Positions 12,558 to 21,542 are shown, counted from the stretch's first letter. The stretch: 64,000 bases of DNA from Polyangiales bacterium (GCA_038231275.1 JBBRLQ010000011.1:166494-230493); one strand, 5' to 3'. Numbers and translations: made by a program. Notes: a model not told the origin generated them from the letters alone.

Positions 12558-13325
12558 TCACTGAATGCAAGAGCACAGCGGATCGCCCGGCTGGCAGTTG
12601 CACGCAGGCTTGTTGATCGGCTTGTTGACCGGCGCCGCCGCGCCCGTGTTCACGCGTCCGAGTGCTTGCCGTGCGGCCTGCTGCCTCTGCTGCGCGGCGA
12701 GGAGCGCCTTTTGCGCGTCCTGCTTGGCAGCCTCGTCCTTCGCGTTCTTCACCGCGTCCTCGAGCTGCGAGACGGCCTGGTTCTGCTCGTTGACCTCGCG
12801 CTGGAGCTTCTCGACCTGGGCCTTTTGCTCGGCGAGTTCCTTCTCGTGCTTCACGCGCTCGGCGTCCGCCGATTGACTCTTTTGGTAGAAGGCGTAGCCG
12901 CCGCCGACGCCGCCGATGACGAGGAACGCCGCCGCCGCGACCGCGATGATCACGGCCTGCTTCTTCCCCTTGCTCTCCTTGATAGCGGTCATCTGCCGCT
13001 CGTGCTCTTGATGCCGGCGCATCGCCTCCATGCGGGCGGCGTTCTCGGCGTCGATGCGCGCGCGCTCGACCTCGCCGTGGCGGATGGCCTCGAGCCGCGC
13101 GGTCTCCTCGCGCTGGCGCTGCTCCTCTCCGCGACGTCGATCGTCCTCCTGACGGATGCGGGCCTCTTCGGCCTCGCGCGCGCGACGCTCGAGATCGCTC
13201 CGTGCGCTCTGCTCCGCCTGAGCGACGCGCTGCCGCTCGGCTTCCTCTTGTCGGATCCGATCCTCCTCGAGGTTCATGAGCTCTTTGAGGGAGAAAAGGA
13301 CTGAGCTTTCTTTCTGTTCCGCCAT
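12558..13325 (-). CDS. Bitopic coiled-coil membrane protein (TolA-like composition) with C-terminal Cys motif
   Basis: MAEQKESSVLFSLKEL; E/R-rich heptads; one TM (VIIAVAAAAFLVIGGVGGG); second coiled coil; ends CNCQPGDPLCSCIQ. Confidence 0.75.
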   Translation of the reverse strand: MAEQKESSVLFSLKELMNLEEDRIRQEEAERQRVAQAEQSARSDLERRAREAEEARIRQEDDRRRGEEQRQREETARLEAIRHGEVERARIDAENAARMEAMRRHQEHERQMTAIKESKGKKQAVIIAVAAAAFLVIGGVGGGYAFYQKSQSADAERVKHEKELAEQKAQVEKLQREVNEQNQAVSQLEDAVKNAKDEAAKQDAQKALLAAQQRQQAARQALGRVNTGAAAPVNKPINKPACNCQPGDPLCSCIQ

Positions 13326-13510
13326 GATGGTGTGTTTCTCTTCGGTACTATCCAAAAAGCTACAAGCAAGCGCGAGGGTTCGCAAACCCTCCTGTGCCTT
13401 CTAGCCGGCTTTGTAACGGGTCTGTGGGGAAAAAAGGTCCGAAAAAAGCGCGCAGGCTCCCGCCCACGAGCTGTGACAAGTGAGCGAAACCTTTGTACGG
13501 TGCTCGAGAA

Positions 13511-13726
13511 ATGGCCAGCACCGTCAACGCGCACATCACGGGCACCGTCTGGAAGATCGAGGTCAAGGAGGGCGACAACGTCCTCGAAGGGCAGACCTGC
13601 GTGATCCTCGAGTCGATGAAGATGGAGATGCCGGTCGAGGCCTCCACCAACGGCAAGGTGGAGAAGATCCACTGCGCCGAGGGGCAAGCGGTCAACGAGG
13701 GCGACGTCCTCATCACGCTCGCCTGA
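13511..13726 (+). CDS. Stand-alone biotin/lipoyl carrier protein (71 aa)
   Basis: GTVWKIEVKEGD...LESMKMEMPV...GQAVNEGD; MKM biotinylation motif. Confidence 0.9.
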   Translation: MASTVNAHITGTVWKIEVKEGDNVLEGQTCVILESMKMEMPVEASTNGKVEKIHCAEGQAVNEGDVLITLA

Positions 13727-13763
13727 AACCGCCGCTCGCGCGCTGCGTGGTACGCTTCTCCCC

Positions 13764-14108
13764 GTGAGGCCGCTCGTGAAGCCGCTCGTCTTCGCCGCGG
13801 TCGGTGTCACCGTGGCCGTGCTCGCGGCCTGCTCGACGAAGGCGAAGCTCATCGCGCAAGGGGGGGAGTGCCTCCAGGCGACGGACTGCGCGGACGGCCT
13901 CGTGTGCGTCCCGCAGAAGGACGGCCGGCGCCTCTGCGACAACGATCTCTCGCTCGTTCAATCCACGGAGGACGCCGCGGCGCCAGCACCCACCGACGCC
14001 GGTCGTCGCGACGGCTCCGCAGACGCCGCCTCCGACGCGCCGACGCCGCCCCCCGACTCCGGGACCGACGCCGACGATGGCGCGGTCGCCGACTCCGCTA
14101 CCGAGTAA
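13764..14108 (+). CDS. Small Cys-rich lipoprotein with acidic Asp/Ala tail
   Basis: Lipobox LAAC; C-x5-C-x4-C-x9-C module (GECLQATDCADGLVC...LC); DA-rich tail. Confidence 0.65.
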   Translation: MRPLVKPLVFAAVGVTVAVLAACSTKAKLIAQGGECLQATDCADGLVCVPQKDGRRLCDNDLSLVQSTEDAAAPAPTDAGRRDGSADAASDAPTPPPDSGTDADDGAVADSATE

Positions 14109-14111
14109 CCG

Positions 14112-15134
14112 TCACTCGCGCCAGAAGAACTTCCAAGGGTTGTGCTTCAGGTCGCGGACCATCTCCTGGAGATCGTCGTAGACCTGCTCGTCCATCAGGA
14201 GCGAGCCGACCGTCCCGTCCCCCTTCTTGATGTGCGCGACGATCGCCTGCGCGTCCGCCGCCGTCGCGTTGGCCCGCGCCGCGAGCTGCGCCACGTCCTC
14301 GAGCGCCTTCTTCAGCTTGGCTTGCTCGTCCGCGCCGCCGACGGTCGCCGAGACGCGGTTCAAGTTCGCCAGCGCCTCGCGCGCGTCCTTGAGCATCGGC
14401 CCGCTGTCCTTCTGAAGGTCAGTGGAGATGCGATCGATGTTGTCGATGGTATGGGCGATCTTGGGGTTGTCGACGTACTTCATCCGCGCGTCGTGCGTGA
14501 GCGTGTTCGCTTCCGCCGACAGCGCTTCGAGGTTCGCCATCGTGCGGTTGATGCGCTCGCGGTTGTCGGTGATGACGCCGTTCAGCCCCTTCAAGAGCCC
14601 CGCGGTGTTGACGGCGATGTCGCTGATCAGCTCGCGGTTGTTCTTGATGCCGGTGACCGTCGTGTCGAGCAGCTCGAACGCCTTCGCGAGGAACAGGTCG
14701 AGGCGCGGCGGATCGATCCCCTTCACGATCGCGCCGTCCTTCAGCACCGGCTTCTGGATGCTCCCCGGTTCGATCGCGAGGAACTGCTCGCCGAGCACGC
14801 CTTGCGTCGTCACGTAGAAATCCGCATCCTCGTGGACCGCCTCGCGCACGCGCTCTTCGACGGACAGCTTCGCGCGCACGAGGGTGCGCCGGTTGGTCTT
14901 CGGATCGACCGCGCCGTTCATGAAGCGCAGCTCCGACACCTTGCCGACCTTCACGCCGGCGATGCGCACCGGCGCGCCGGACTGGAGGCCGCCCGGGTTG
15001 TCGAAGTCGACGTAGACGGTGTACGTCTTCTCGAAATTCATGCCGCCCATGATGAGGATGAAGGCGGCCAGGATCCCGAGCGACACCAGGATCAAGACGC
15101 CGACCTTGACCTCGATCGATTTCTCTTGGGCCAT
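14112..15134 (-). CDS. mlaD: MCE/MlaD family protein with long helical extension
   Basis: EVKVGVLIL TM; FDNPGGL..GAPVRIAGVKVGKV; GVLGEQFLAIEPG; about 190 aa helical region ending DLKHNPWKFF. Confidence 0.9.
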   Translation of the reverse strand: MAQEKSIEVKVGVLILVSLGILAAFILIMGGMNFEKTYTVYVDFDNPGGLQSGAPVRIAGVKVGKVSELRFMNGAVDPKTNRRTLVRAKLSVEERVREAVHEDADFYVTTQGVLGEQFLAIEPGSIQKPVLKDGAIVKGIDPPRLDLFLAKAFELLDTTVTGIKNNRELISDIAVNTAGLLKGLNGVITDNRERINRTMANLEALSAEANTLTHDARMKYVDNPKIAHTIDNIDRISTDLQKDSGPMLKDAREALANLNRVSATVGGADEQAKLKKALEDVAQLAARANATAADAQAIVAHIKKGDGTVGSLLMDEQVYDDLQEMVRDLKHNPWKFFWRE

Positions 15135-15160
15135 GTCCGGCTAGCTTACGGCAAGAGGCG

Positions 15161-15907
15161 TCACGCCTCCATCGGTCCCTGCGCGCGGCCGTGGATGAAT
15201 TGCTGGACGACCCCGTCGTCGGTCGCCTTGAATTCGGCGGGCGTGCCGATCATCTTCACGAGGCCCTGGTAGAGCATGACGATCCGATCGGCGATCGTGA
15301 AGATGCTGACCAGATCGTGGCTCACGACGATGGACGTCACCCCCAGCTTGGTCGACAGCTCCCGAATGAGCTTGTCGACGCGGCGCGCGCTCACCGGATC
15401 GAGCGAGGTGGTGGGCTCGTCGAAGAGGACGTATTTCGGGTCGAGCGTGAGGGCGCGCGCGATGGCGACGCGCTTGCGCATGCCGTCGCCGAGCGCCGGC
15501 GGGTAGTGGTCGCCGAACTCCTGCATGTGCACGATCGCTAGCCGGCGTCGCGCCTCGGCGAGCGCGTCCTTCTGGCTGAGGCCCTTGTGCTTGCGGAGAG
15601 GCAGCGCCACGTTCTCGGCGCAGGTCATCGAGTCGAAGAGCGTCGAGTGCTGGAACACCATCGCGCATTTCTTTCGGATGGGATCCATCTGCTTCTCGCT
15701 GAACTGGCTGATCTCCTCGCCGTCGAGCCAAATTTGACCGTCATCCGGGTAGAGGAGGCCGACGAGGTGCTTGATGAGCACGCTCTTGCCGACGCCCGAC
15801 GCGCCGATGATGAAGAACACCTCGCCCGGCTTCACGTCGAAGCTCACGTCGGTCAGGACCGGCTTGGGGCCGAAGGACTTCTTGATGTTGCGAAACTGGA
15901 TCATCAA
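15161..15907 (-). CDS. mlaF: MlaF/Mkl-type ABC ATPase 1 (degenerate signature motif)
   Basis: Walker A GASGVGKS, MVFQ, Walker B VLFDEP, H-loop VSHD; signature position reads LGDGM. Confidence 0.9.
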   Translation of the reverse strand: MMIQFRNIKKSFGPKPVLTDVSFDVKPGEVFFIIGASGVGKSVLIKHLVGLLYPDDGQIWLDGEEISQFSEKQMDPIRKKCAMVFQHSTLFDSMTCAENVALPLRKHKGLSQKDALAEARRRLAIVHMQEFGDHYPPALGDGMRKRVAIARALTLDPKYVLFDEPTTSLDPVSARRVDKLIRELSTKLGVTSIVVSHDLVSIFTIADRIVMLYQGLVKMIGTPAEFKATDDGVVQQFIHGRAQGPMEA

Positions 15908-15919
15908 AGTTGGGCGCCG

Positions 15920-16753
15920 TCAGTTCGGGAAGATCAGGAACGCGGCGCCCGAGATGAAGAAGTTCAAGATGATGATGGCGAGGGACGAGTTGACGACGGC
16001 GCGCGTCGTGGCCCAGCCGACGCCCTCCGAGCCGCCGAAAGTGGAGAGGCCGCAGTAGCCGCTCACGATCGGGATCGCGGCGCCGTACGCGATGCACTTC
16101 GTGAGGCCCGTCGTCAGATCGCCCGCGTCGACGAGGCGCGCGTTGAAGAACGTCTCGGGTGACACGCCGAACGCCACGTACGCGGTGCCGGCGCCCGCGC
16201 AGAACGCCACCGTGCCGGCGAGGACGATGAGCATCGTCGTCATCACGAGGCTGGCGAGGAAACGGGGGACGATCAAAAAATCGATGGGATCGGCCGCGCA
16301 CATGCGGAGCGCGTCGACCTGCTCGGTGACGACCATCGAGCCAATTTCGGCGGCGATCCCGGCGCCCACGCGCGTGGCGAGCATGAGCGCGCCGATCGAC
16401 GCGGCGAAATCGCGGACGAGGAGCTCGAGGTACGTCGCGCCGAGCAGCGTGAAGTCGGGGACGATGCGCTTGGACTGCAGGCCCGCCTGGTACACCAGGA
16501 TCATCCCGATGAAGCCCATCGTGATGCAGAGGAAGAAGAGCGATTTGTTGCCGATCTCGTACATCTGCTGGACGAGCGCGCCCTTCTCGCGCTTGCCGCG
16601 GAAGACGTAATAGAGCGTCCGCACGAAGACCGAGTACATCTCGCGACCGCCGAGGATGAGATCGATCGCGGCGGCGCCGAGGGTGGCGACGAAGCCCGGT
16701 TCGGGCGGCTCCTCCTTCAGGTCGAGGGAGGACGGGGGCGCGGCGTCGGTCAT
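15920..16753 (-). CDS. mlaE: MlaE-type ABC permease 1
   Basis: RVGAGIAAEIGSMVVTEQVDALR...PRF; GVGWATTRAVV. Confidence 0.92.
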   Translation of the reverse strand: MTDAAPPSSLDLKEEPPEPGFVATLGAAAIDLILGGREMYSVFVRTLYYVFRGKREKGALVQQMYEIGNKSLFFLCITMGFIGMILVYQAGLQSKRIVPDFTLLGATYLELLVRDFAASIGALMLATRVGAGIAAEIGSMVVTEQVDALRMCAADPIDFLIVPRFLASLVMTTMLIVLAGTVAFCAGAGTAYVAFGVSPETFFNARLVDAGDLTTGLTKCIAYGAAIPIVSGYCGLSTFGGSEGVGWATTRAVVNSSLAIIILNFFISGAAFLIFPN

Positions 16754-16757
16754 CGCG

Positions 16758-17588
16758 TCATCCGAGTAGGAAGCTCACGAGGTAGTCGATCACGAAGACG
16801 CCCGCGGCGCTGGCGACGACCTGCGCGTTGACGGCGCGGCCGACGCCGGGGGCGCCGCCCTTGGTGGCGAGGCCGAAGTAACAGCTCGCGAGCGCGATGA
16901 GCAGGCCGAAGAGGAAGCTCTTGAAGAGGCCGTTCGCGACGTCGCCGAAGCCGAGGTTGAAGATGCCGGTGGTGAGGCCGTTGTAGAAGGTCTGCGGGTC
17001 GACCCTGAGGAGGCCCTGCGCGGTGTACGCGGCGCCGATGAGCGCGATGGCGTCGGCGAAGAGCGTCATCATGAAGAGCGTCATCGTGATCGCGATGAAG
17101 CGCGGGAGGATGAGGAACGAGATGGAGTCGATCGCGAGGACGCGCAGCGCGTCGAGCTGCTCGGTCACCACCATCGTACCGAGCTCGGCCGTGTTGTTTG
17201 CGCCGACGCGGCCGCTGATCATGAGCGCCGTGAGGAGAGGGGCGATCTCGCGGAGCGTCCCGAAGCCGGCGCCGCCGCCGATCATCGACTCGGCGTTGTA
17301 GCGCTTCACGATGACCGCGGCTTGGATGACCATGATCGCGCCGGTGAAGACGGCGGTGACCGCGACGATCGGCAGGGATTTTACCCCCATCTTGTAGAGG
17401 TTCTTCCAGAGCTCCTGACCGTCGAACCGGCCGCGCACGAGGCGCGAGAGGCAGCGGCCGAAGAGGATGCCCATGCCGCCCGTCGTCGTCGCGATGCCGA
17501 GGAACGCGGCGCCGACCCGCGCGGCCGTGACCTGGCCGAAGGGGACCTTCCGCTCTTTCGGCTCTTGGGGCGTGCTCGCGGCGGTCAC
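16758..17588 (-). CDS. mlaE: MlaE-type ABC permease 2
   Basis: REIAPLLTALMISGRVGA..TAELGTMVVTEQLDALR; GVGRAVNAQVV. Confidence 0.92.
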   Translation of the reverse strand: MTAASTPQEPKERKVPFGQVTAARVGAAFLGIATTTGGMGILFGRCLSRLVRGRFDGQELWKNLYKMGVKSLPIVAVTAVFTGAIMVIQAAVIVKRYNAESMIGGGAGFGTLREIAPLLTALMISGRVGANNTAELGTMVVTEQLDALRVLAIDSISFLILPRFIAITMTLFMMTLFADAIALIGAAYTAQGLLRVDPQTFYNGLTTGIFNLGFGDVANGLFKSFLFGLLIALASCYFGLATKGGAPGVGRAVNAQVVASAAGVFVIDYLVSFLLG

Positions 17589-17601
17589 GGAGGCGGCGAT
17601 C

Positions 17602-17916
17602 CTACTCGTCCCGCAGAAGCGCGTCGATCGCCACGAGGGGAGCGCTCGTCGCGACCACGAACGCGACGCTCCACAGGAGGCCGAGGCCCACGCCCGCGAA
17701 GCTGCGCCGCGTGCGCCAGAAGTGCAGCACGATGCCGATCTCCGGGAAGAGGACCATCGCCGAGAGCTTCGTCGACGACGGCCACGCGCGATCGAGCTGC
17801 TCGGGGGCGCGCGCGAAAAGGCGCCGTTCGTCCCACGAGAGAAGCATCAGAGCCGCGGGGATCTTGATCGCCATCGCGAGCACGAGCTCCAGCGCGTCGA
17901 GCGTCCCGTTCTCCAC
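17602..17916 (-). CDS. Small membrane protein (about 3 TM)
   Basis: Fills the gap between ATPase 2 and permease 2 with 4- and 13-bp spacing; hydrophobic segments; WDERRL....LDRAWP motif. Confidence 0.6.
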   Translation of the reverse strand: MENGTLDALELVLAMAIKIPAALMLLSWDERRLFARAPEQLDRAWPSSTKLSAMVLFPEIGIVLHFWRTRRSFAGVGLGLLWSVAFVVATSAPLVAIDALLRDE

Positions 17917-17920
17917 CGAC

Positions 17921-18676
17921 TCAGAGCGGCCCCTCCGTGAGGCCGTGCACGAACTGCTTCACGCGAGGCTCGATGCTCTCGACCGCCTCCTTCGTGGTCC
18001 CGTCGAAGATCAGCTCGCCGCGGTACATCATGCCGACGCGATCGGTGACGGTGACGAGGCGGTCGAGGTCGGACGACACCATGATGACGGTGGCGTTCGC
18101 GGCGCGCTGCTCGGCGCGGAGGAGCTCGAAGATCTTTTGCGACGTCACCGGATCGAGGCCGGCCGCGGGCTCGTCGTAGAGCACGATGGGCGCGTTCGTG
18201 ATGGTGGCGCGCGCGACGCCGACGCGCTTCTTCTGTCCGCCGGAGAGGCCGGCAGGCATGCGCGACTCGAAGCCGGACAAGGCGACGCACGCGAGGCGCT
18301 CGGCGACGCGCGCCTGCACCTCGGTCTCGGGCGGCGCGTAGAGGCGACGGAGCGGGAACGCGATGTTGTCGCCGACGGTGAGGTGATCGAAGAGCGCGTT
18401 GTTCTGGAAGAGCATGCCGAGGCGCTTACGGAGCTCTTGGAGCTTGAGATCGGTCAGCGTCGTCACCTCCTCGCCGGCCACGACGACCGAGCCGGCGTCG
18501 GGCCGCATCAGGCCCGTCACCATCTTGAGGAGGACGCTCTTGCCGGAGGCGCCGGGGCCGATCAGGCCGTAGAGGCAGCCTTCGGGGACGTGCAGGTTCA
18601 CGTCGCGGAGGACGTGCGCGACGCGCTGCGGGCCGCTCACTGGAAACGACTTGGAGACGCCGCGCAGCGTGATCAC
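17921..18676 (-). CDS. mlaF: MlaF/Mkl-type ABC ATPase 2 (H-loop His missing)
   Basis: GTG 18676 VITLRGVSKSF; Walker A GPGASGKS; GMLFQNNALFD; LSGGQKKR; VLYDEP; H-loop position reads VSSD. Confidence 0.9.
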   Translation of the reverse strand: MITLRGVSKSFPVSGPQRVAHVLRDVNLHVPEGCLYGLIGPGASGKSVLLKMVTGLMRPDAGSVVVAGEEVTTLTDLKLQELRKRLGMLFQNNALFDHLTVGDNIAFPLRRLYAPPETEVQARVAERLACVALSGFESRMPAGLSGGQKKRVGVARATITNAPIVLYDEPAAGLDPVTSQKIFELLRAEQRAANATVIMVSSDLDRLVTVTDRVGMMYRGELIFDGTTKEAVESIEPRVKQFVHGLTEGPL

Positions 18677-18683
18677 GTGACGA

Positions 18684-19433
18684 TCACCGCGCCGGTTCGG
18701 CGCTCCTGGCACGGAGGAGACGCGTGTAGACTGCAAGTAGCGCCCCGGCCAGGACCGCGATGAGGACGACCATCCCCACGAGGGAGAGCTGGAGCGATCG
18801 CAACGAGCCGCGCGCCACCGTGATGGGGCCGACGTGGGCGAGATCCGCTTCGCCAACGCGCGCGGGGGCGGCGCGCGGCACCGTCACCACCGCCACGTCG
18901 ACCGGCGAGAGGCCTCCCACGCCCCCCGCGACGAGACGCTGGATCGCGTCGCTCGTGAGCGGCGGCGTCGAGCCTCGATGCTCGACGAGGACGCTCGCCG
19001 ACGATTTCCCGACCGGCGCGTCGCGGAGCGGATCGCGCGTCGGCAGGTTGAGGTGCACGCGCGCCGCCAGCACCCCGTCGACCCCCTCGAGCGTGCGCTC
19101 CAGATCTCCGGCCAGTCCCGCGACCAGCTGCGCGTGCTCTTGCGCCTGGCTGGGCACGAGCGCGCCCTTGTCCATCGTGTCGAGCACGCCGCGCGGCCTC
19201 GGGCGGGGGAGGCCTTCGCCCTGCATCGCGACGAGCGCGCGCGGGACGTCGTCGCGCGCCACGGTCACGCGGATCTGTCCCTCACCGCCCGGATCGATCT
19301 CCTTGGTGGCGTCGATCTTCGCGTGGTCGAGCGCCACGACGATCCTGTTTGCGTCGGTCTCGTCGAGCCCCGCGCCGACCGGCACGCCGCAGCCGGCGAG
19401 GAGGACGGCCAAGAGGAGAGCGCGCGCGCGCAC
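18684..19433 (-). CDS. sctJ: SctJ/EscJ/YscJ-family ring-building lipoprotein (orphan)
   Basis: Lipobox LAGC; GLDETDANRIVVAL; GLPR; LVPS..QEHA......L..DLERTL..VDGVLAARVHL; SASVLV; IQRLVAGGV.GL....VAVV; C-terminal TM plus basic tail. Confidence 0.85.
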   Translation of the reverse strand: MRARALLLAVLLAGCGVPVGAGLDETDANRIVVALDHAKIDATKEIDPGGEGQIRVTVARDDVPRALVAMQGEGLPRPRPRGVLDTMDKGALVPSQAQEHAQLVAGLAGDLERTLEGVDGVLAARVHLNLPTRDPLRDAPVGKSSASVLVEHRGSTPPLTSDAIQRLVAGGVGGLSPVDVAVVTVPRAAPARVGEADLAHVGPITVARGSLRSLQLSLVGMVVLIAVLAGALLAVYTRLLRARSAEPAR

Positions 19434-19434
19434 G

Positions 19435-21318
19435 TCAGTTCCGCCCGTCCAGCACCGCCGGCGCCGGCTTCGGCGTGGGGGGCTTCGTGGCCGGGGGCTT
19501 CGGCGTCGTGGTCGGGGGCTTCGGCGTCGTGGTCGGGGGCTTCGGTGTCGCGGTGCCCTTCGGTCCGGGCGGCGCGGGCGTCGGCGGAGGCGTCGGTCCG
19601 GCGGCGGCCTTCTGGCGCTTCACGACGACGCGCTTCATCTCCTTCATCCAGCGCTCCATGTCGCTGCCCGGCGCGTGGTCCTTGCGGATCGCGGCCTCCA
19701 TCGGCCACCACGCGACGGGGCGATCGTTGATCGCGAAGACGATGTCGTACTGACCTTCTTTGTTCGCGAGCGGCGGCGGCGCCATGCCGTTGGACCCCAG
19801 GCACGACCACGTGTGCTCGGGGCGGAGCTCCGGCTTGAAGCAGCCGTCGCTGCGGCCGACGATGTTGCCGGCGTCATCGAGGACGAAAGCGCTGATGCTC
19901 ACGTTGGTGCCCGACCACCCGCGGGTGCCGCGCGCGAACCAGGTGTAACCGACGCGGCGCGGGTAGCTCCGCTCGGCCCACGCCGCGCGGATGCCCATGA
20001 GCGTGAGCGGATCGTCGTTGCCCATCATCGCCACAACGATGTCGACGTCGGGATCGCCGTCGTCGACCACGTCGGCGGAGTGCTCGTCGGCGAGCTCGTC
20101 GTCGTCGTCCTCGAGCTGCAGCGAGACCTGCGACTGGCCGATCTCTTTCCCGCCGCTTTTCAAAGTCACGAGGTACTTTCCGTGCGTCTTGGCAGTGAAG
20201 CGGAGGTTGCCGCTCACGAACGCGACGCGCTGGTGCTCGCCCACGCGAACGGTGGACGGCCACGACGCGACTACGTTTCCGTTCGGATCCTTCGCCTCGA
20301 ACTCGACGTCGGTCGGGCCCTTCGGAAGCCCGAAGACCATCGCCACCGCGGGGATGCGCGTGCCGTCCTGCTTGGCCTCGATGAGGTGGGCGTTGCCCAT
20401 GATGTGGGCGACCTGCTGATCGTTCGGATCGCGCGAGACGCTCAGGCGGTCGGTGATGAAGAGATCCGCGTACACCTTGCCGCGGTGCTTCTGCGCGTAA
20501 TCGGCGAGCACCTTCTGGACGGCCGGCGGGTGGCCGGCCTGCACTTCGCGCACCTCCGACGCGGCGACCGCGCTCGAGATGGGGGCGATGCCGCCGCTGC
20601 CGGTGAAGAGGATGGCGTGGTTGACGCCGACGACGTGCGGCTTGCCGGAGGCGTCCATGGTCACGACCGGCCCGCCCGAGAAGCCCGGGTACACGGCGCC
20701 GTCGAACAGCACGAGGCGCGCGCCGAACATGTCGACCTGTCCCGACGCGATGCCCTCGCTCATGCCCCACGACAGCGCCCAGTAGCCGTGCCCGGTGTGG
20801 CCGAGCGCCCAAACCGGCTCGCCGACGCGGATCTCTTTGGCGTCGATCGGCAATGGAGGCACGCCCGTGAGCGGCTGCTTCGGCCTGAGGATGGCGACGT
20901 CACGCACTTCGTCGATGCGCACGACCTCGGCGTCGACGGTCTGGCCGGTGCGCGTGGTGACCTTCAGCCGATCGGGACGGAAGACGACGTGCGCGGCGGT
21001 GACGATCTGTCCGCCCTCGACCATGAAGCCGGTGCCGTGCGGCGTCGGATCTTTGCGGAGCGAGACGTCGATGACGCGCTTGGGCGCCTTGGCCTCGTCG
21101 CCCAGCGTCCGTTCGATCTCCTTGATCTCCTCCTCCCGATCGGCGCGATCGTCGTTCAGGATCGCGACGACCGACGGCGCGGTGGCCTCGAAGACGGCGA
21201 GAGCGGTCGGCTTGGGAGGCGAAGCAGGCACGCTCGGCGCTCCTCCGCATGAAATGCCGACGAGTCCAGTCAGCACGAACGAAAGCAGCTTGGCGGTACT
21301 AAGATGCGGGGATTTCAT
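19435..21318 (-). CDS. Trypsin-like (S1) serine protease lipoprotein with unknown C-terminal domains and Pro/Thr/Lys tail
   Basis: Lipobox-like GISC; GTGF; TAAHVV; RDVAIL; YPGFSGGP; no recognisable PDZ; TPKPPTT repeats at the end. Confidence 0.8.
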   Translation of the reverse strand: MKSPHLSTAKLLSFVLTGLVGISCGGAPSVPASPPKPTALAVFEATAPSVVAILNDDRADREEEIKEIERTLGDEAKAPKRVIDVSLRKDPTPHGTGFMVEGGQIVTAAHVVFRPDRLKVTTRTGQTVDAEVVRIDEVRDVAILRPKQPLTGVPPLPIDAKEIRVGEPVWALGHTGHGYWALSWGMSEGIASGQVDMFGARLVLFDGAVYPGFSGGPVVTMDASGKPHVVGVNHAILFTGSGGIAPISSAVAASEVREVQAGHPPAVQKVLADYAQKHRGKVYADLFITDRLSVSRDPNDQQVAHIMGNAHLIEAKQDGTRIPAVAMVFGLPKGPTDVEFEAKDPNGNVVASWPSTVRVGEHQRVAFVSGNLRFTAKTHGKYLVTLKSGGKEIGQSQVSLQLEDDDDELADEHSADVVDDGDPDVDIVVAMMGNDDPLTLMGIRAAWAERSYPRRVGYTWFARGTRGWSGTNVSISAFVLDDAGNIVGRSDGCFKPELRPEHTWSCLGSNGMAPPPLANKEGQYDIVFAINDRPVAWWPMEAAIRKDHAPGSDMERWMKEMKRVVVKRQKAAAGPTPPPTPAPPGPKGTATPKPPTTTPKPPTTTPKPPATKPPTPKPAPAVLDGRN

Positions 21319-21513
21319 GGCGCGCCCACTTGGGTAGCCGAGATCGCGGCCTTTTCGCAACGCGCCTTTGTCGGGAAGACCAGGGTGGCATAGACTTCAT
21401 GCGGAGGGGGGCGACGACCGGACCAGGCCCCCCGACGACGAGCCGCCGCCCCCCCGGGCGCGCCGAAGTTGGGGCCTCCCGGGGCCGCCGATCGCGGAGA
21501 AAGCCGCCCGGTG

Positions 21514-21542
21514 TTGCGGCCGGCCCCGACGGGTGTTATCAG
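21514..21542 (+). promoter_or_regulatory. Putative sigma70-type promoter for the SNF2 gene leader
   Basis: TTGCGG-N17-TATCAG with extended TG at 21534-35. Confidence 0.45.

Noticed and set aside
18684..19433. Complete type III secretion or flagellar locus
   Set aside because: Only the SctJ-like gene is present; no export apparatus, ATPase or secretin in the window.
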